From NCBI RefSeq assembly GCF_009914755.1, contig NC_060947.1: a DNA stretch of 64,000 nucleotides. The stretch is one strand, 5' to 3'. The notes beneath the pieces were generated by a model, which was given only the letters and a program-made list of their open reading frames with translations, searched no databases and was not told the origin of the DNA. This document shows, piece by piece, positions 1 to 15,260 of the stretch; within the stretch, counting starts at the first letter, position 1, and every line of letters starts with the position of its first letter. The translations under genes and the position numbers were made by a program. This DNA is from the human T2T-CHM13v2.0 reference genome, Homo sapiens.

Positions 1-267
1 ATTGAATGCAGGCTCTGGAAATAAGAAAGGCTTTCTACACATGCACTGTAGAATAATGCTTAAGCTCAAAAGAAAGAAAAAAAAAGAAAGGTGACCTTAT
101 TAACCCTTTCTGCATAAAATTCCTGCAAACTGTCAGCATCCCACAAGATTCCACCCACCTGGCAAATCCTAGTGCCATACTTTGAACAAAGACATCTACC
201 ACAATAATATTTCAGGCAGCTACTGAAACCATCTTTGGGATACAGGGCTTTCTTGACCAGCTCTGTA

Positions 268-2012
268 CAGTTGACCCTTGAACAACATGGATTGAACTGT
301 GGGCGTCCACTTATATGTGGATTGAAAATATAGTATTTAGGTGTGGGGGCTGGGGGTCATATGACTCAGGTGTCCCCGGGCCCTGCTGCCTTCACAGCCT
401 GGGGCAGCCATGGGATGCCAGAGTGTGGGGATTGGTGGCCAGTGGGTCTGAGGCTGTGTCTACTGAGGCTAAGATGACTGCCTTTCTTGACTGGCCTTGA
501 CTTTTCCATACATTGTGTGACTCTTGCCCCATGGCCCTTTGGCTGACCTTACCGGAAGCCATGATGACAGCGGCCTTTTGCCATTAGATGCAGGGAGATG
601 GTGGTGGAAGTGGATACAGCAGTCAGAGAACATCTGGCAGAGACAAATATGGACCACCTGTTCATACAGAATACGAGCTTATTATAGAAAGTCTTTCTAG
701 TTGTTACAGTTGGCAAGATTTAAAGGATTTTATGCAACAAGCAGATGAAGTAACCTATGTTGATGCTCACAAGGAATGCACAAGTGAGGGCGTTGAGTTT
801 CACTCCTATTTTGACATGAAGCTTGCTTTGGACAAACTGGATGGTGCAGAAATATTAGGCTTATTGAAGGTAAGCCAGGCACAAGCCATAGGCGATCTGA
901 TTCTGGAAGCAGATCCAGGTATAGATCTAGAAGATGGTCACGAAGTAGGAGTCGCAGGAGCAGCCACAGTAGATCTCGAAGTATCTCAAAAAGTCACTCC
1001 TGATCAGGTTGCGGAGCAAAGGTCGATCACGTTCTCGTTCAAAAGGCAGGAAATCTAGCTCAAGGAGCAAATCTATGCCCAAATCTGATCTGGGCTCCTG
1101 TTCTTGTTCTCAAAGCAGATCTAAGGATGAGTATGAGAAATCTCCAAGCAGGTCTCTGTCCCGATCTTCCAAAGAAAATGGAAAAGGTGATATGAAGTCA
1201 AAATACAGATCAAGGAGCCAGTCTCGTTCCAATTCACCCCTACCTGCTCCACCCTCAAAGGGTCATTCTGTGTCCCCTCCGCCAAAAAGAGCTACTTCAA
1301 GATCCCGTTCTAGATCCCATTCAAAATAAAGATCAGGGTGCAGGTTGAGTTCCAGAGATTAATCCAGAACTCTTCATTCATTGCGCACTATTATGGAACA
1401 CTTTTCTACTTGCTTAGGCAGTTGTTCTTCCATGTTTATACTTGGCTTCTTTTGCAAGAGGAATCTCCTGAAAACAGGGGCACACAGAAATTTGATTTGT
1501 GGCCAAATTTGATGAAAAAGATGAGGCTCTAAGGAAATGGTGGCATAAAGTCAAAGACCCTCTCCCTTCTTTGTAGAATTAAGATAACTTCAATTTTATA
1601 GCTTTTGAGCTAAAATAACTTTTGTAAAGATTAAGCTCATTTAGATGTTTTTAAAAGTATTTCAGCAGGATCTGCTGCAGGGTTTGTTGTTGTTGTTGTT
1701 GTGTTACTTGTTTGCTTATTTTAAAATTAACCGTTTCAAGCTTTGAATACTTAAGGCTTTAGAGGGACAACCCAATTTTCAATTACATTTGCTTTTTATA
1801 AAGCTTGAGTTATGTAAGCTTTAAATAAAAGTTTGCTACCAAAAAAAAAAAAAGAAAATACAGTATTCACAAGATGTGAAACCCAAGTATAGGGAGGGCC
1901 AACTTCTCATATACGTGGGTTCTGTAGGGCTGACTGTGGGACTTGAGTATATGTGAATTTGGGTATACCCCAGGGACCTTGAACAAATCCCCTGCATGTA
2001 CCAAGGGACAAT
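268..2012 (+). mobile_element. MER8 (Tigger2-derived MITE), split by the SRSF6 retrocopy into 268-337 and 1854-2012
   Basis: Starts with TIR-like CAGTTGACCCTTGAACAACA, resumes after the retrocopy poly(A) with GAAAATACAGTATTC...GGGACTTGAGTAT, and ends in a degenerate TIR (CCAAGGGACAATT). Confidence 0.8.
338..1853 (+). pseudogene. SRSF6P1: 5'-truncated processed pseudogene of SRSF6 (SRp55): poison exon, RRM2, RS domain, 3'UTR and poly(A)
   Basis: Translation [38 protein letters not shown] matches SRSF6 RRM2 and is followed by an RS domain. Intronless. Frameshifting deletion near 850, stops at 1001 and 1327, native stop at 1360-1362. AATAAA 1824-1829, poly(A) 1841-1853. TSD GAAAATA(T/C)AGTATT at 324-337 and 1854-1867. 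Parent identity is firm; the P1 number is from memory. Confidence 0.93.
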
Positions 2013-2668
2013 TATAATGAGGTATAAAGCTGTAAAAGTGTCCTAGTACACAAGAGGATGATCTTGAATTTCCTGCTGCAGGGCCACACATGGGTAATGT
2101 GCAACGTGCACATTCAGTAGGTAAATCAGATGTATAGAAATGGCTCGCACATGCTGCCACCCACTTAAGCTGTACCAATGACAGCTATCTGGGAAGAATA
2201 CCAACTCTTTTTTTCCCAGCCCAGGAGCAGTCTTAGCCCTTCTTCATGCTAGGCACCTATTGATTGGAACAGTCACTTATGATGAAATACATTTGCCATT
2301 CCTGATCTAAAAACATTCTTTCTGCAAAAAAAAAAAAAAAAAAAAAAAAAAATCACGTGGACATGATTCAAAAGTATGTTATGGTTGTCTTTTAGAACTG
2401 TGCCTAGCCTCAAGTAATTGATAAAACCTTCCTTCAGAACCTCAACCACTCCCAACCCCCTGCAGTGCATACTATCTAAACATCCCATTGGCATTTACCA
2501 TAGGCTTCCTGAGCTTTTATTTATTTTCTCAGGTATATAGGATTGCAGACCCCTCACCAGTGGGGACCACATCTCATCCTATCTCTCTGTTATGCTGTCA
2601 TATAGTGCTGTGATTTGTTTATGTAAGATGTTCAGAACTGTGCATGATGATGTTAACATAATGCTTGA

Positions 2669-3047
<379 letters not shown>

Positions 3048-3477
3048 TCACCATTATTGAAGAACGACTCAGCTTCCACTCTTACTGCTCATGGGTCAGC
3101 AGTATTGCTTTGCACAGGAAAGGGAAAATATTCTAACAGAATGTTCAATTTTATTGTAAGTCTGACCCAGAGGAAAAGGGAGAGAGACAGGCCCAGGACC
3201 TGTCTATTGGTTGCTTTGTGGCAGAAAACAAGGTCATCCTTGCATGACAGGACCTCTCCAAGACAGCTAGGCTCATGGGGCATGCTTCATGGATGTCTGA
3301 GGTGGAATGAGATTTGTAAAGCTGCCCCTTCTTGGTGGCTTGCTTCAAGTTTTCCTCTGCTCTATCAGTTGTGGCCCAGAAGCCTGGATTAGGGGTCTCA
3401 GCTGTTGAGCTCTCTGCCCAGGGTGAGGCGTCCTATCTGCTCCATCTGTCCATGAGGCTTCCTAATCATCCTCTGTT

Positions 3478-3764
3478 CTTCTTTTCTTTTTTTTGAAACA
3501 GAGTCTTGCTCTGTCACCCAAGCTGAAGTGCACGGAGGCCATCTCAGCTCACTGCAGCCTAAACCGCCAGGCTCCCACCTCAACCTCCCAAGTAGCTAGG
3601 AATACAGGCGCCACCATGCCCAGCTAATTTTGTTTATTTTCTGTAGAGACAGGGTCTTGCTATGTTGTCCAGGCTGATCTCAAACTCCTGAGCTCAAGCA
3701 ATCTTCCCTCCCATCTCGGCCTCCCAAAGTGCTCGGCTTACAGGTGTGAGCCACTGTGCCCAGC
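3478..3764 (-). mobile_element. AluJ
   Basis: Diverged antisense Alu dimer with J-type motifs (CTCACTGCAGCCT, CTCAAGCAATC). Confidence 0.9.
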
Positions 3765-4019
3765 CTCTGTGTTGTCTTGGCTCTCTGCCTTGACATATGA
3801 GCCCCACATAGTAGCACAGAGTTTCCCTTCGGGTACTCCCTCAGCCCTTAGCCTGTGCTTAGCAATTTAGACAAGAGCTTCTTCTGCCAGTATTTTTGGC
3901 AATAAAAGAGGCATATTTATCAGATATATGTTATATATATCCTATATCATATATATGTATGCGTGTGTATTTATTTCTTCAAATAACATTCTATTGTATA
4001 ATCTTTTTTGGAGGGACAC

Positions 4020-4140
4020 TCTTTTTTATTTGACAAATAATAATTGTGTCTATTTATGGGGTACAATGTGCTGTTTTAATCTGTTTATATGTTATAGAAA
4101 GAGTCAATTAAGCTAATTAACATATTCATCATCTCACCAC
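4020..4140 (-). mobile_element. L1MA/MB 3' end fragment
   Basis: TTTATGGGGTACAATGTG...AAGCTAATTAACATATTCATCATCTCA is typical antisense old L1 3'UTR. Confidence 0.7.
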
Positions 4141-4846
4141 TTTAGAAACAGCAATCCTTCCTCAGTGTCCACACGGCAATTCTACACCGCATGGAGGGTC
4201 ATTTCAAAGTTCTGTGTTCTGTGAGGGATAAAGGGCCTCCAGTGAGTGAGTATGAAGAAATGTCGTTTTTCCAAACCTTAGTCTACTTCATAAAATATAT
4301 TTTTCTTCCCTGATTATTGGGACACTTTTTTAAAGTATAGAAAGTACAGAGAATAATGTAACAAACACTCAAGTATGCAAAGCACATAACTGAATTTTGT
4401 CATTTGCTTCTGATCTTTTAAATACAAGAAAAAATTACAGATAGAGTTCAAAGGGTCTTTGTACTCCTCCAGAGCCACTTACCTTTCTTCTTTTACCATC
4501 CTGAATTTTGTGTGTATCTTTCCAGTCTGTGTTCCTGTAATTTAATCATATATGCATTAATTGCATGTTTCATATATTTGTATGTGTGCTTATGCAAATG
4601 GCATCATACCATACACATAATTGTACAATTTCCTTTTTTATTTCAACGTATTTTAGCATATTTTTGGAAGAGAGTTGGTTCATTTGTTACAGCTATATAG
4701 TACTTCATCATATGAATATATTCCAACTTGATGAACATTAAGTTGGTAATAGTTTTTGCTATTACAATAATCCTGCAATACTTAATACATGTCTCCTTGA
4801 ACACATGGATGAAAGTTTATCTAGGCTACCTTAAAATGGAATTGTT

Positions 4847-5168
<322 letters not shown>

Positions 5169-5470
5169 GATGGAATTGCTAGGTATAGTTTCAACTTTAC
5201 TAGTAGTGCCAAATTGCACTTGATATTCCCATTAGCAGTGTTTGAGTGTTTCTAATTTTCCAGATAGCCATCAATACTTGATCTTTTCTGACATTTTGTT
5301 TTTATTGATCTGATACATGTGAAATAGATCTAATATTTGTCTTCGTTTGCATTTTGCTGATTACTTGTGAGGTTGAGCCTCTTTTTATATGTTTATTGGC
5401 TATTTGTATGCCCTCTTCCATTAATTGCTTGCTCATATCATTTACCCATTTTTTTCTGATTTATTTCTAA

Positions 5471-5860
<390 letters not shown>

Positions 5861-6292
5861 CTTGTTCAACTTTTAATGTCATTCGTGATGTATTTTTTAT
5901 ACAGAAGTTTTAAATTTTAGTGTAGTCCAATTTATCAATATTTCCCTTTGTGACTTGTGCTTTTTATGACGTATACTGCATACACAAAGATATTCTAAAA
6001 TTTTTCTAATAATTTCTAAATTCTGATTTCCACAGTCAGATACATCCATTTAAAATCTGGTTTCTGTCAATACTAAGAGGTAAGAATTTTTTGTTTTCCA
6101 CGTAGGGATAATCAAATCTCCTGATAGTAGTCATTAAATAGTTTAGAATTTCCCCTAATGATTTATAAGTCTATTTCTGTAGTAATCCCCATATATCCAG
6201 TCTGTTTCTGGGATTCCTCTTCTATTCCATCAATCTACTTATTTATTCTCATGCTAATATCACTCTGTTTTAATCTGTTTTAATCACTGTAG

Positions 6293-6596
<304 letters not shown>

Positions 6597-6979
6597 TAAT
6601 CACTGTAGCTGTATATAATTCTTTATATCCGGCAGAGCAAACGTCCTTGTCCTATATTTTTTCAGGAATGTCTTGGATTTTCATTAGTTTTACACTGCTA
6701 TATGAATTTGATAATTAGTTTGTTAAAATACATTAAGTATTCTGGTATAATTTTAATTGAAGTTGCATTAATTTAGAGACTAACTTAGTAAGAATTGACA
6801 ACCTTAAAATATTGAATCTTCTCATCCACAAACAAGCATACCTCTCTATGAAAGTGTTTTTCAATATCCCGCAATAACATTTGATATATTTCCACATAAA
6901 AGTCTGCACATAATTTGTTATGCTTATTCCTGGTTATTTTATAGTGTTTTGTTATTGCAAATGGGTTTTTTCTATTGTA

Positions 6980-7029
6980 TAGGTTGGTGCAAAAGTTATT
7001 GCAGTTTTTGCCATTACTTTTAATGGCAA
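6980..7029. mobile_element. MADE1 (mariner-derived MITE), truncated
   Basis: TAGGTTGGTGCAAAAGTTATTGCAGTTTTTGCCATTACTTTTAATGGCAA; most of the second TIR is missing. Confidence 0.88.
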
Positions 7030-7774
7030 CGATTGTCAATTCTTACTAAGTTGGTCTCTGAATTAATGCAACTTCAATATTATCTAATTTGTGATTACTT
7101 ATATATAGGAATTTCACTATTTCTATGATGACCTTGTGGCCAGCAACCTTTTTTTTAAATAAAAATTTTATTTATTTATTTATTTTTATTGTGAAATGTA
7201 TCATACATAAAAAGAGCATGCATAAGATATATGTACAACCTAAACAAGACTAATAACATGAACACTCATTCACCCACTACTTAGCTCAAGAGGTACAATA
7301 TTGTCAGTCCTTTTTAAACTTTCTGTGCTCCTCTAATCCCTTCTTTCTCCCTTCTGTCAAAGGTAATACTAGCCTGAACTTTGGGTGAATCTTTTTCTTG
7401 CCTTTTTTCATAGTTTTAACACATACGTATATCCCTAAACAATGTATTATTTTTGAACCTTAAATAAATGCAACTCTACTGTATACATTCTTCTGTGAGT
7501 CTTTTTTTCCATTCAGCATTTCACTGGTATCATTCATATTAATGTGTATAGCCACAGTTTATTTTCATTGCTATAGAATATTCCATTTTATGAATATACT
7601 ATGCTGTTTTCCTCTGACAGTCATGCTCTGAACATCCTCGTGCATGTCTCATGGTAAAATCTACGGAGAATCCCTTGTCATAAATCATATGCATGCTCAG
7701 TGTTTCTGGGTAATCTCATTTTTTTAGTGCTTATTTTTTAAGTGCTTGAAACAATTTATCCTCTATCAGTAGTT

Positions 7775-8094
7775 TATTATTTTTTAATTTTTATTTTTAG
7801 AAACAGGGTCTCACTGTGTCACTCAGGCTGGAGTGCAGCTGGCGTGATCATAGCTCACTGCAGCCTAGACCTCCAGGGCTCAAGCAGTCCTCCCACATCA
7901 GCCTCTTGATAGCAGGGATTACAGAGGCATAACACCACACCTGGCTAATTTTTAAAATTTCTTGCAGAAACGGGGGTCTCACTATGTCTCCTAGGCTGGT
8001 CTCAGGCAATTCTCCTGCTCCTGGACTCAGGCAATCATCCTACTTTGGCCTCCCAAAGTGCTGGGTTTATAGGTGTGAGCCACAACACCCAGCC
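7775..8094 (-). mobile_element. AluJ
   Basis: Diverged antisense Alu dimer. Confidence 0.88.
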
Positions 8095-8248
8095 GAATTT
8101 ATTGGAGTCTCCATTGCTACATTGTTTCTAGGTAACAGTTTGGGATTCTAGTTTCTGATAAGATACCATGATGGCTTTAAATTCCCTTTTTGTTTCTGAT
8201 AAGCTTGAGTTATCTTTTTTTTATTTTTCAGTCTGACTACATATTTAC

Positions 8249-8533
8249 TTTTTTTTTTTTTTTTTTGAAATACGATCTCACTCTGTCATCCAGGATGGAG
8301 CTCAGTGGCAGGAATACAGTTCACTGCAGCCTTGAACTCCTGGGCTCAAGTGATTCTCCTGTCTCAGCCTCCTGAGTAGCTGTGTGACCACAGGTGTACA
8401 CCACCACACCAATTAATTTTTAAATTTTTTGTAGACACAAGGTCTTGCCATGTTGCCTAGGCTGGTCTTAAAGTCCTGGGCCCAAACAATCCTCCTGCCT
8501 TGGCCTCACAAAGCGCTGAGATGCACCCAGTCC
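8249..8533 (-). mobile_element. AluJ
   Basis: Diverged antisense Alu dimer. Confidence 0.85.
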
Positions 8534-8919
8534 AAATTTCCGTTTTTTTCTGCTGATATTTTATCATATTTTAACTAGGGTTTCTATGGGTTTATTGTGG
8601 TTGAAAGTATGCTTTCCATAGCTCCGTGGTTGATATCCTTAACTGGAAGTCTTGTCCTTTCCCCCTAACTGTACAATTTTAGATATGCTTCTTATGGTCT
8701 CTGAAAATCCATGTTAATAATGAAGAAAAGAAATAACAACACCTGTATGACATGAAATCAACCTAAAGAAGTTGGAGGTTTCCATTAGTTCAGTTCTTTT
8801 AGGTATACAGTGACCATCTCTGAGTACACATTGGGCTGCATATACTTGGGTCTGCTGGCCCATTCATCTCAATTAATGCCTAAGTCCTTGCCAATTTCAC
8901 ATTGTCCTCACACACCAAA

Positions 8920-9057
8920 CTTTATTATTTTTTTTTTTGTAGAGACAAGGTCCCACTGTGTTTCCTAGGCTGGTCTCGAACTCGTGGGCTCAAGCAATCC
9001 TGCCACCTTGGCTTCCCAAAGTGTTGGGATTACAGGCATTAAGCCACTGCGCCCCAC
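8920..9057 (-). mobile_element. FLAM / Alu left monomer
   Basis: Single antisense monomer with T tail. Confidence 0.85.
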
Positions 9058-9159
9058 CCTCACAGTAAACTTTTGATTCCCCCTATTCTGTACTCTTTTA
9101 ACTGTGGTGCAGATTTGAAACAGGCCATTGTCTTTTTGTTTTTTACATTGTTCTGAAGT

Positions 9160-9747
9160 TTCTTTGTTTAAGAAGTTTATTGAGGTATACTTTACATATG
9201 TAAAATTTGGCTTATGTAAATGTACAATTTGTTGATTTATAGTAAATTTATTAATTGGTGCAAACATCACTACAATCCAATCTTATAACAATTTCTTCAT
9301 CCCAAAAAGTTCCACAGTACTCACTTTCAGTCCACTATCACACAAACCTCCAGCCTCAAGCAACCACTCTTCTTTCTGTATTCATAGTTGTACCTTTCCT
9401 AGAAATTTCATATAAATAGAATCATAAAATATGTACTCTTTTGTGTCTGGCTTCTATTATTACTTAGTATAATGTTTTTGAAGTTCATCCATGTTGATAT
9501 ATATATAAATAGTTCATTTAGTTTATTCCCTTTTATTGCTTAGTAGAACACTGCTGCATAGATATACCATATTTTGTTTATTCAATCACCAGTTAACGGA
9601 CATTTAGGTTGTTTCCAGTTTTAAGCTCTTACGGATAATGTTGCTATGAACATTCACATACAAGTCTTTGTGTGGGCATATGTTTTCATTTCTCTTGGTT
9701 ATATACCCAGGAATGGAATTGCTGGGTTATATGGTAATCACACATAC

Positions 9748-9750
<3 letters not shown>
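9160..9750 (-). mobile_element. L1MB 3' region, resuming at about 12585-13090 after Tigger1
   Basis: TTTATTGAGGTATA..., GGACATTTAGGTTGTTTCCAG and GGAATTGCTGGGT motifs. Confidence 0.8.
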
Positions 9751-12584
<2,834 letters not shown>

Positions 12585-13114
12585 TATTCTGGATATAAGC
12601 TACTTTTGAGACATGTGATTTGACAATTTTTTCTTCAAGCTTGTGGCTTTATTTTGAAAATAACATTAAAAAAAGTCTGCAAGTACTGTGGCTTTATTTT
12701 TATTTGAAAGGCAAAAGTTTTAAATTTTGATGAAGTTCAATTTGTCATTTTTTGACAATGTTATGAAGCACAGCTTTTGTGTCATAACTAAGAAATCTTT
12801 GTCAAAGATCACAAATATTTTGTCTTATAAGTTTTATAGTTTTAACTCCTACATTTAAGTCTATGATCCATTTTGATTTAATTCTTGTATATTATGTGAG
12901 GCAAGGATTTAAGTTCTTCATCTTTTTATTGGTATATGGATACCCAATTGTTCCAGTAATATTTGTTGAAAGGTTATTCTTTCTCCATTGTATTGTTTTG
13001 ACACCTTAGTTGAAAATCAATTGATCACAAATTTTGGGTCTATTTCTGGACTTTCTCTTTTTAAAAAATTGATCTATATGTTCATCATCATGTCATCTGA
13101 TATACAGTTTAAAA

Positions 13115-13717
13115 ATCTGTCTCTGCCTGGCTTATTTCATTTAACATAATGCTCTCCAGTACAATCCATGTTATTGCAAATGACTGGGTCTCATTTTTTA
13201 TGGCTGAATAGTACTCCATTGTGTACATTTTCTTTCTTTCTTTCTTTCTTTTTTTTTTTTTTTTTTTTTGAGATGGAGTCTCTCTCTGTTGCCCAGGCTG
13301 GAGTGCAAGTGGCGTGATCTCGGCTCACTGCAAGCTCCACCTTCCGGGTTTACACTGTTCTCCTGCCTCAGCCTCCTGAGCAGCTGGGATTACAGGTGCC
13401 CACCACCACGCCTGGCTAATTTTTTGTATTTTTAGTAGAGACGGGGTTTCACCGTGTTAGCCAGGATAGTCTCGATCTCCTGACCTCGTGATCCGTCGCC
13501 TTAGCCTCCCAAAGTGCTGGAATTACAGGCATGAGCCACCACGCCTGGCCTGTACATTTTCTTTATTCATTCATCTGTTGATGGACATTTAGGTTGTTTC
13601 CAAATTTTAGCTATTGTAAACAGTGCTGCAGCAAACATAGGAATGCAGCTAGCTCATGTGCCCCATAAAGATATACACCTACTATGTACCCATAAGAACT
13701 AAAAAAAAAAAAAAAAA
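13115..13717. mobile_element. L1MA 3' end with 5' inversion: antisense 13115-13650, sense 13655-13717 with poly(A)
   Basis: Antisense L1MA 3'UTR is joined to the sense terminus ATATACACCTACTATGTACCC and a poly(A). Confidence 0.7.
13229..13550 (-). mobile_element. AluY
   Basis: AluY diagnostics; TSD TGTACATTTTCTTT at 13222-13235 and 13551-13564. Confidence 0.94.
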
Positions 13718-13785
13718 TTTTTTAAACCTATCATTTCCCGTTAAGAACTGTCTTAACTACATCCCATACACTTTGATAAGCTGTT

Positions 13786-14020
13786 TTGACAAAGGTACCA
13801 AGAACATACACTGGGGAAGTCAGTCTCTTCAATAACTGGTGCTGGGAAAACTGGATATCCATATGCAAAAGAAGGAAATGAGACCCTAGCTCTCACCATA
13901 TAAAAAATTAAATAAAAACGGATTAAAAACTTAAATCTAAGACTTCAAACTATGAAACTGCTACAAGAAAACATTAGAGAAAACCTTCAGGACATTGGTT
14001 TGGGCAAAAATGTCTTGAGC
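13786..14020 (+). mobile_element. L1MA ORF2 fragment (sense) within an antisense old L1 (about 13720-14155)
   Basis: TTTGACAAAGGTACCAAGAACATACACTGGGG...TGCTGGGAAAACTGGATATCCATATGC. Confidence 0.75.
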
Positions 14021-14152
14021 TGTGTTTTTAGTTTTATTCATTTCAACATGTTTTCTAATTTCCCTTGTGATTACTTCTTTGATTCATGTGTTATTTGAAG
14101 TGTATTTTTAAATCCCAAGTATTTGGTATTTTCCAGGTTTGTTTTCTGTGGT

Positions 14153-14155
<3 letters not shown>

Positions 14156-14229
<74 letters not shown>

Positions 14230-14378
14230 ATGGAATGGGAAAATTTATTTGCAAAGCATACATCTGATAAGGAGTTATTACTCAAAATATATAAGGAACT
14301 CAAACAACTCAATAGCAAGAAAACCAAAATCCAAATTCAAAAAATAGGCAATAGACCGGAATAGACATTTTGCTTTTC

Positions 14379-14465
<87 letters not shown>

Positions 14466-14490
14466 TTCTTTTTATTTATTTCTTTCTTTC
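14156..14490 (-). other. Putative L1 3'-transduced segment with a new 72-nt poly(A)
   Basis: On the - strand: (GAAA)n 14490-14372, an old-L1-derived segment 14371-14228, AATAAA (+ strand TTTATT 14244-14249), then 16 nt later a pure A72 (14227-14156). Confidence 0.8.
14372..14490. repeat. (CTTT)n microsatellite
   Basis: Directly visible tetranucleotide array. Confidence 0.95.
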
Positions 14491-15255
14491 TTTTTTTTTT
14501 TTTTTTTTTTTTTTTTATTATACTCTAAGTTTTAGGGTACATGTGCACATTGTGCAGGTTAGTTACATATGTATACATGTGCCATGCTGGTGCGCTGCAC
14601 CCACTAATGTGTCATCTAGCATTAGGTATATCTCCCAATGCTATCCCTCCCCCCTCCCCCGACCCCACCACAGTCCCCAGAGTGTGATATTCCCCTTCCT
14701 GGGTCCATGTGATCTCATTGTTCAATTCCCACCTATGAGTGAGAATATGCGGTGTTTGGTTTTTTGTTCTTGCGATAGTTTACTGAGAATGATGGTTTCC
14801 AATTTCATCCATGTCCCTACAAAGGATATGAACTCATCATTTTTTATGGCTGCATAGTATTCCATGGTGTATATGTGCCACATTTTCTTAATCCAGTCTA
14901 TCATTGTTGGACATTTGGGTTGGTTCCAAGTCTTTGCTATTGTGAATAGTGCCGCAATAAACATACGTGTGCATGTGTCTTTATAGCAGCATGATTTATA
15001 CTCATTTGGGTATATACCCAGTAATGGGATGGCTGGGTCAAATGGTATTTCTAGTTCTAGATCCCTGAGGAATCGCCACACTGACTTCCACAATGGTTGA
15101 ACTAGTTTACAGTCCCACCAACAGTGTAAAAGTGTTCCTATTTCTCCACATCCTGTCCAGCACCTGTTGTTCCATGACTTTTTAATGATCACCATTCTAA
15201 CTGGTGTGAGATGGTATCTCATTGTGGTTTTGATTTGCATTTCTCTGATGGCCAG
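14491..15255 (-). mobile_element. L1HS-Ta (Ta-1) 3' end, 5'-truncated; the last ~100 bp are of older L1PA type
   Basis: - strand GATGACACATTAG (Ta ACA), AAACTTAGAGTATAAT (Ta 3' G) and CCCAAATGAGTAT giving [12 protein letters not shown] (Ta-1). ORF2 C-terminus in ORF 14722-15321. Poly(A) 14491-14516. Confidence 0.93.
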
Positions 15256-15260
15256 GCAAC

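Noticed and set aside
588-1329. 156-aa and 106-aa SR-protein-like ORFs as a functional gene
   Set aside because: They are fragments of a 5'-truncated, frameshifted retrocopy with poly(A) and TSD; RRM1 and a promoter are absent.
2326-2352. Solo A27 tract as a retro-insertion
   Set aside because: No element body, polyadenylation signal or TSD is visible; treated as a simple homopolymer.
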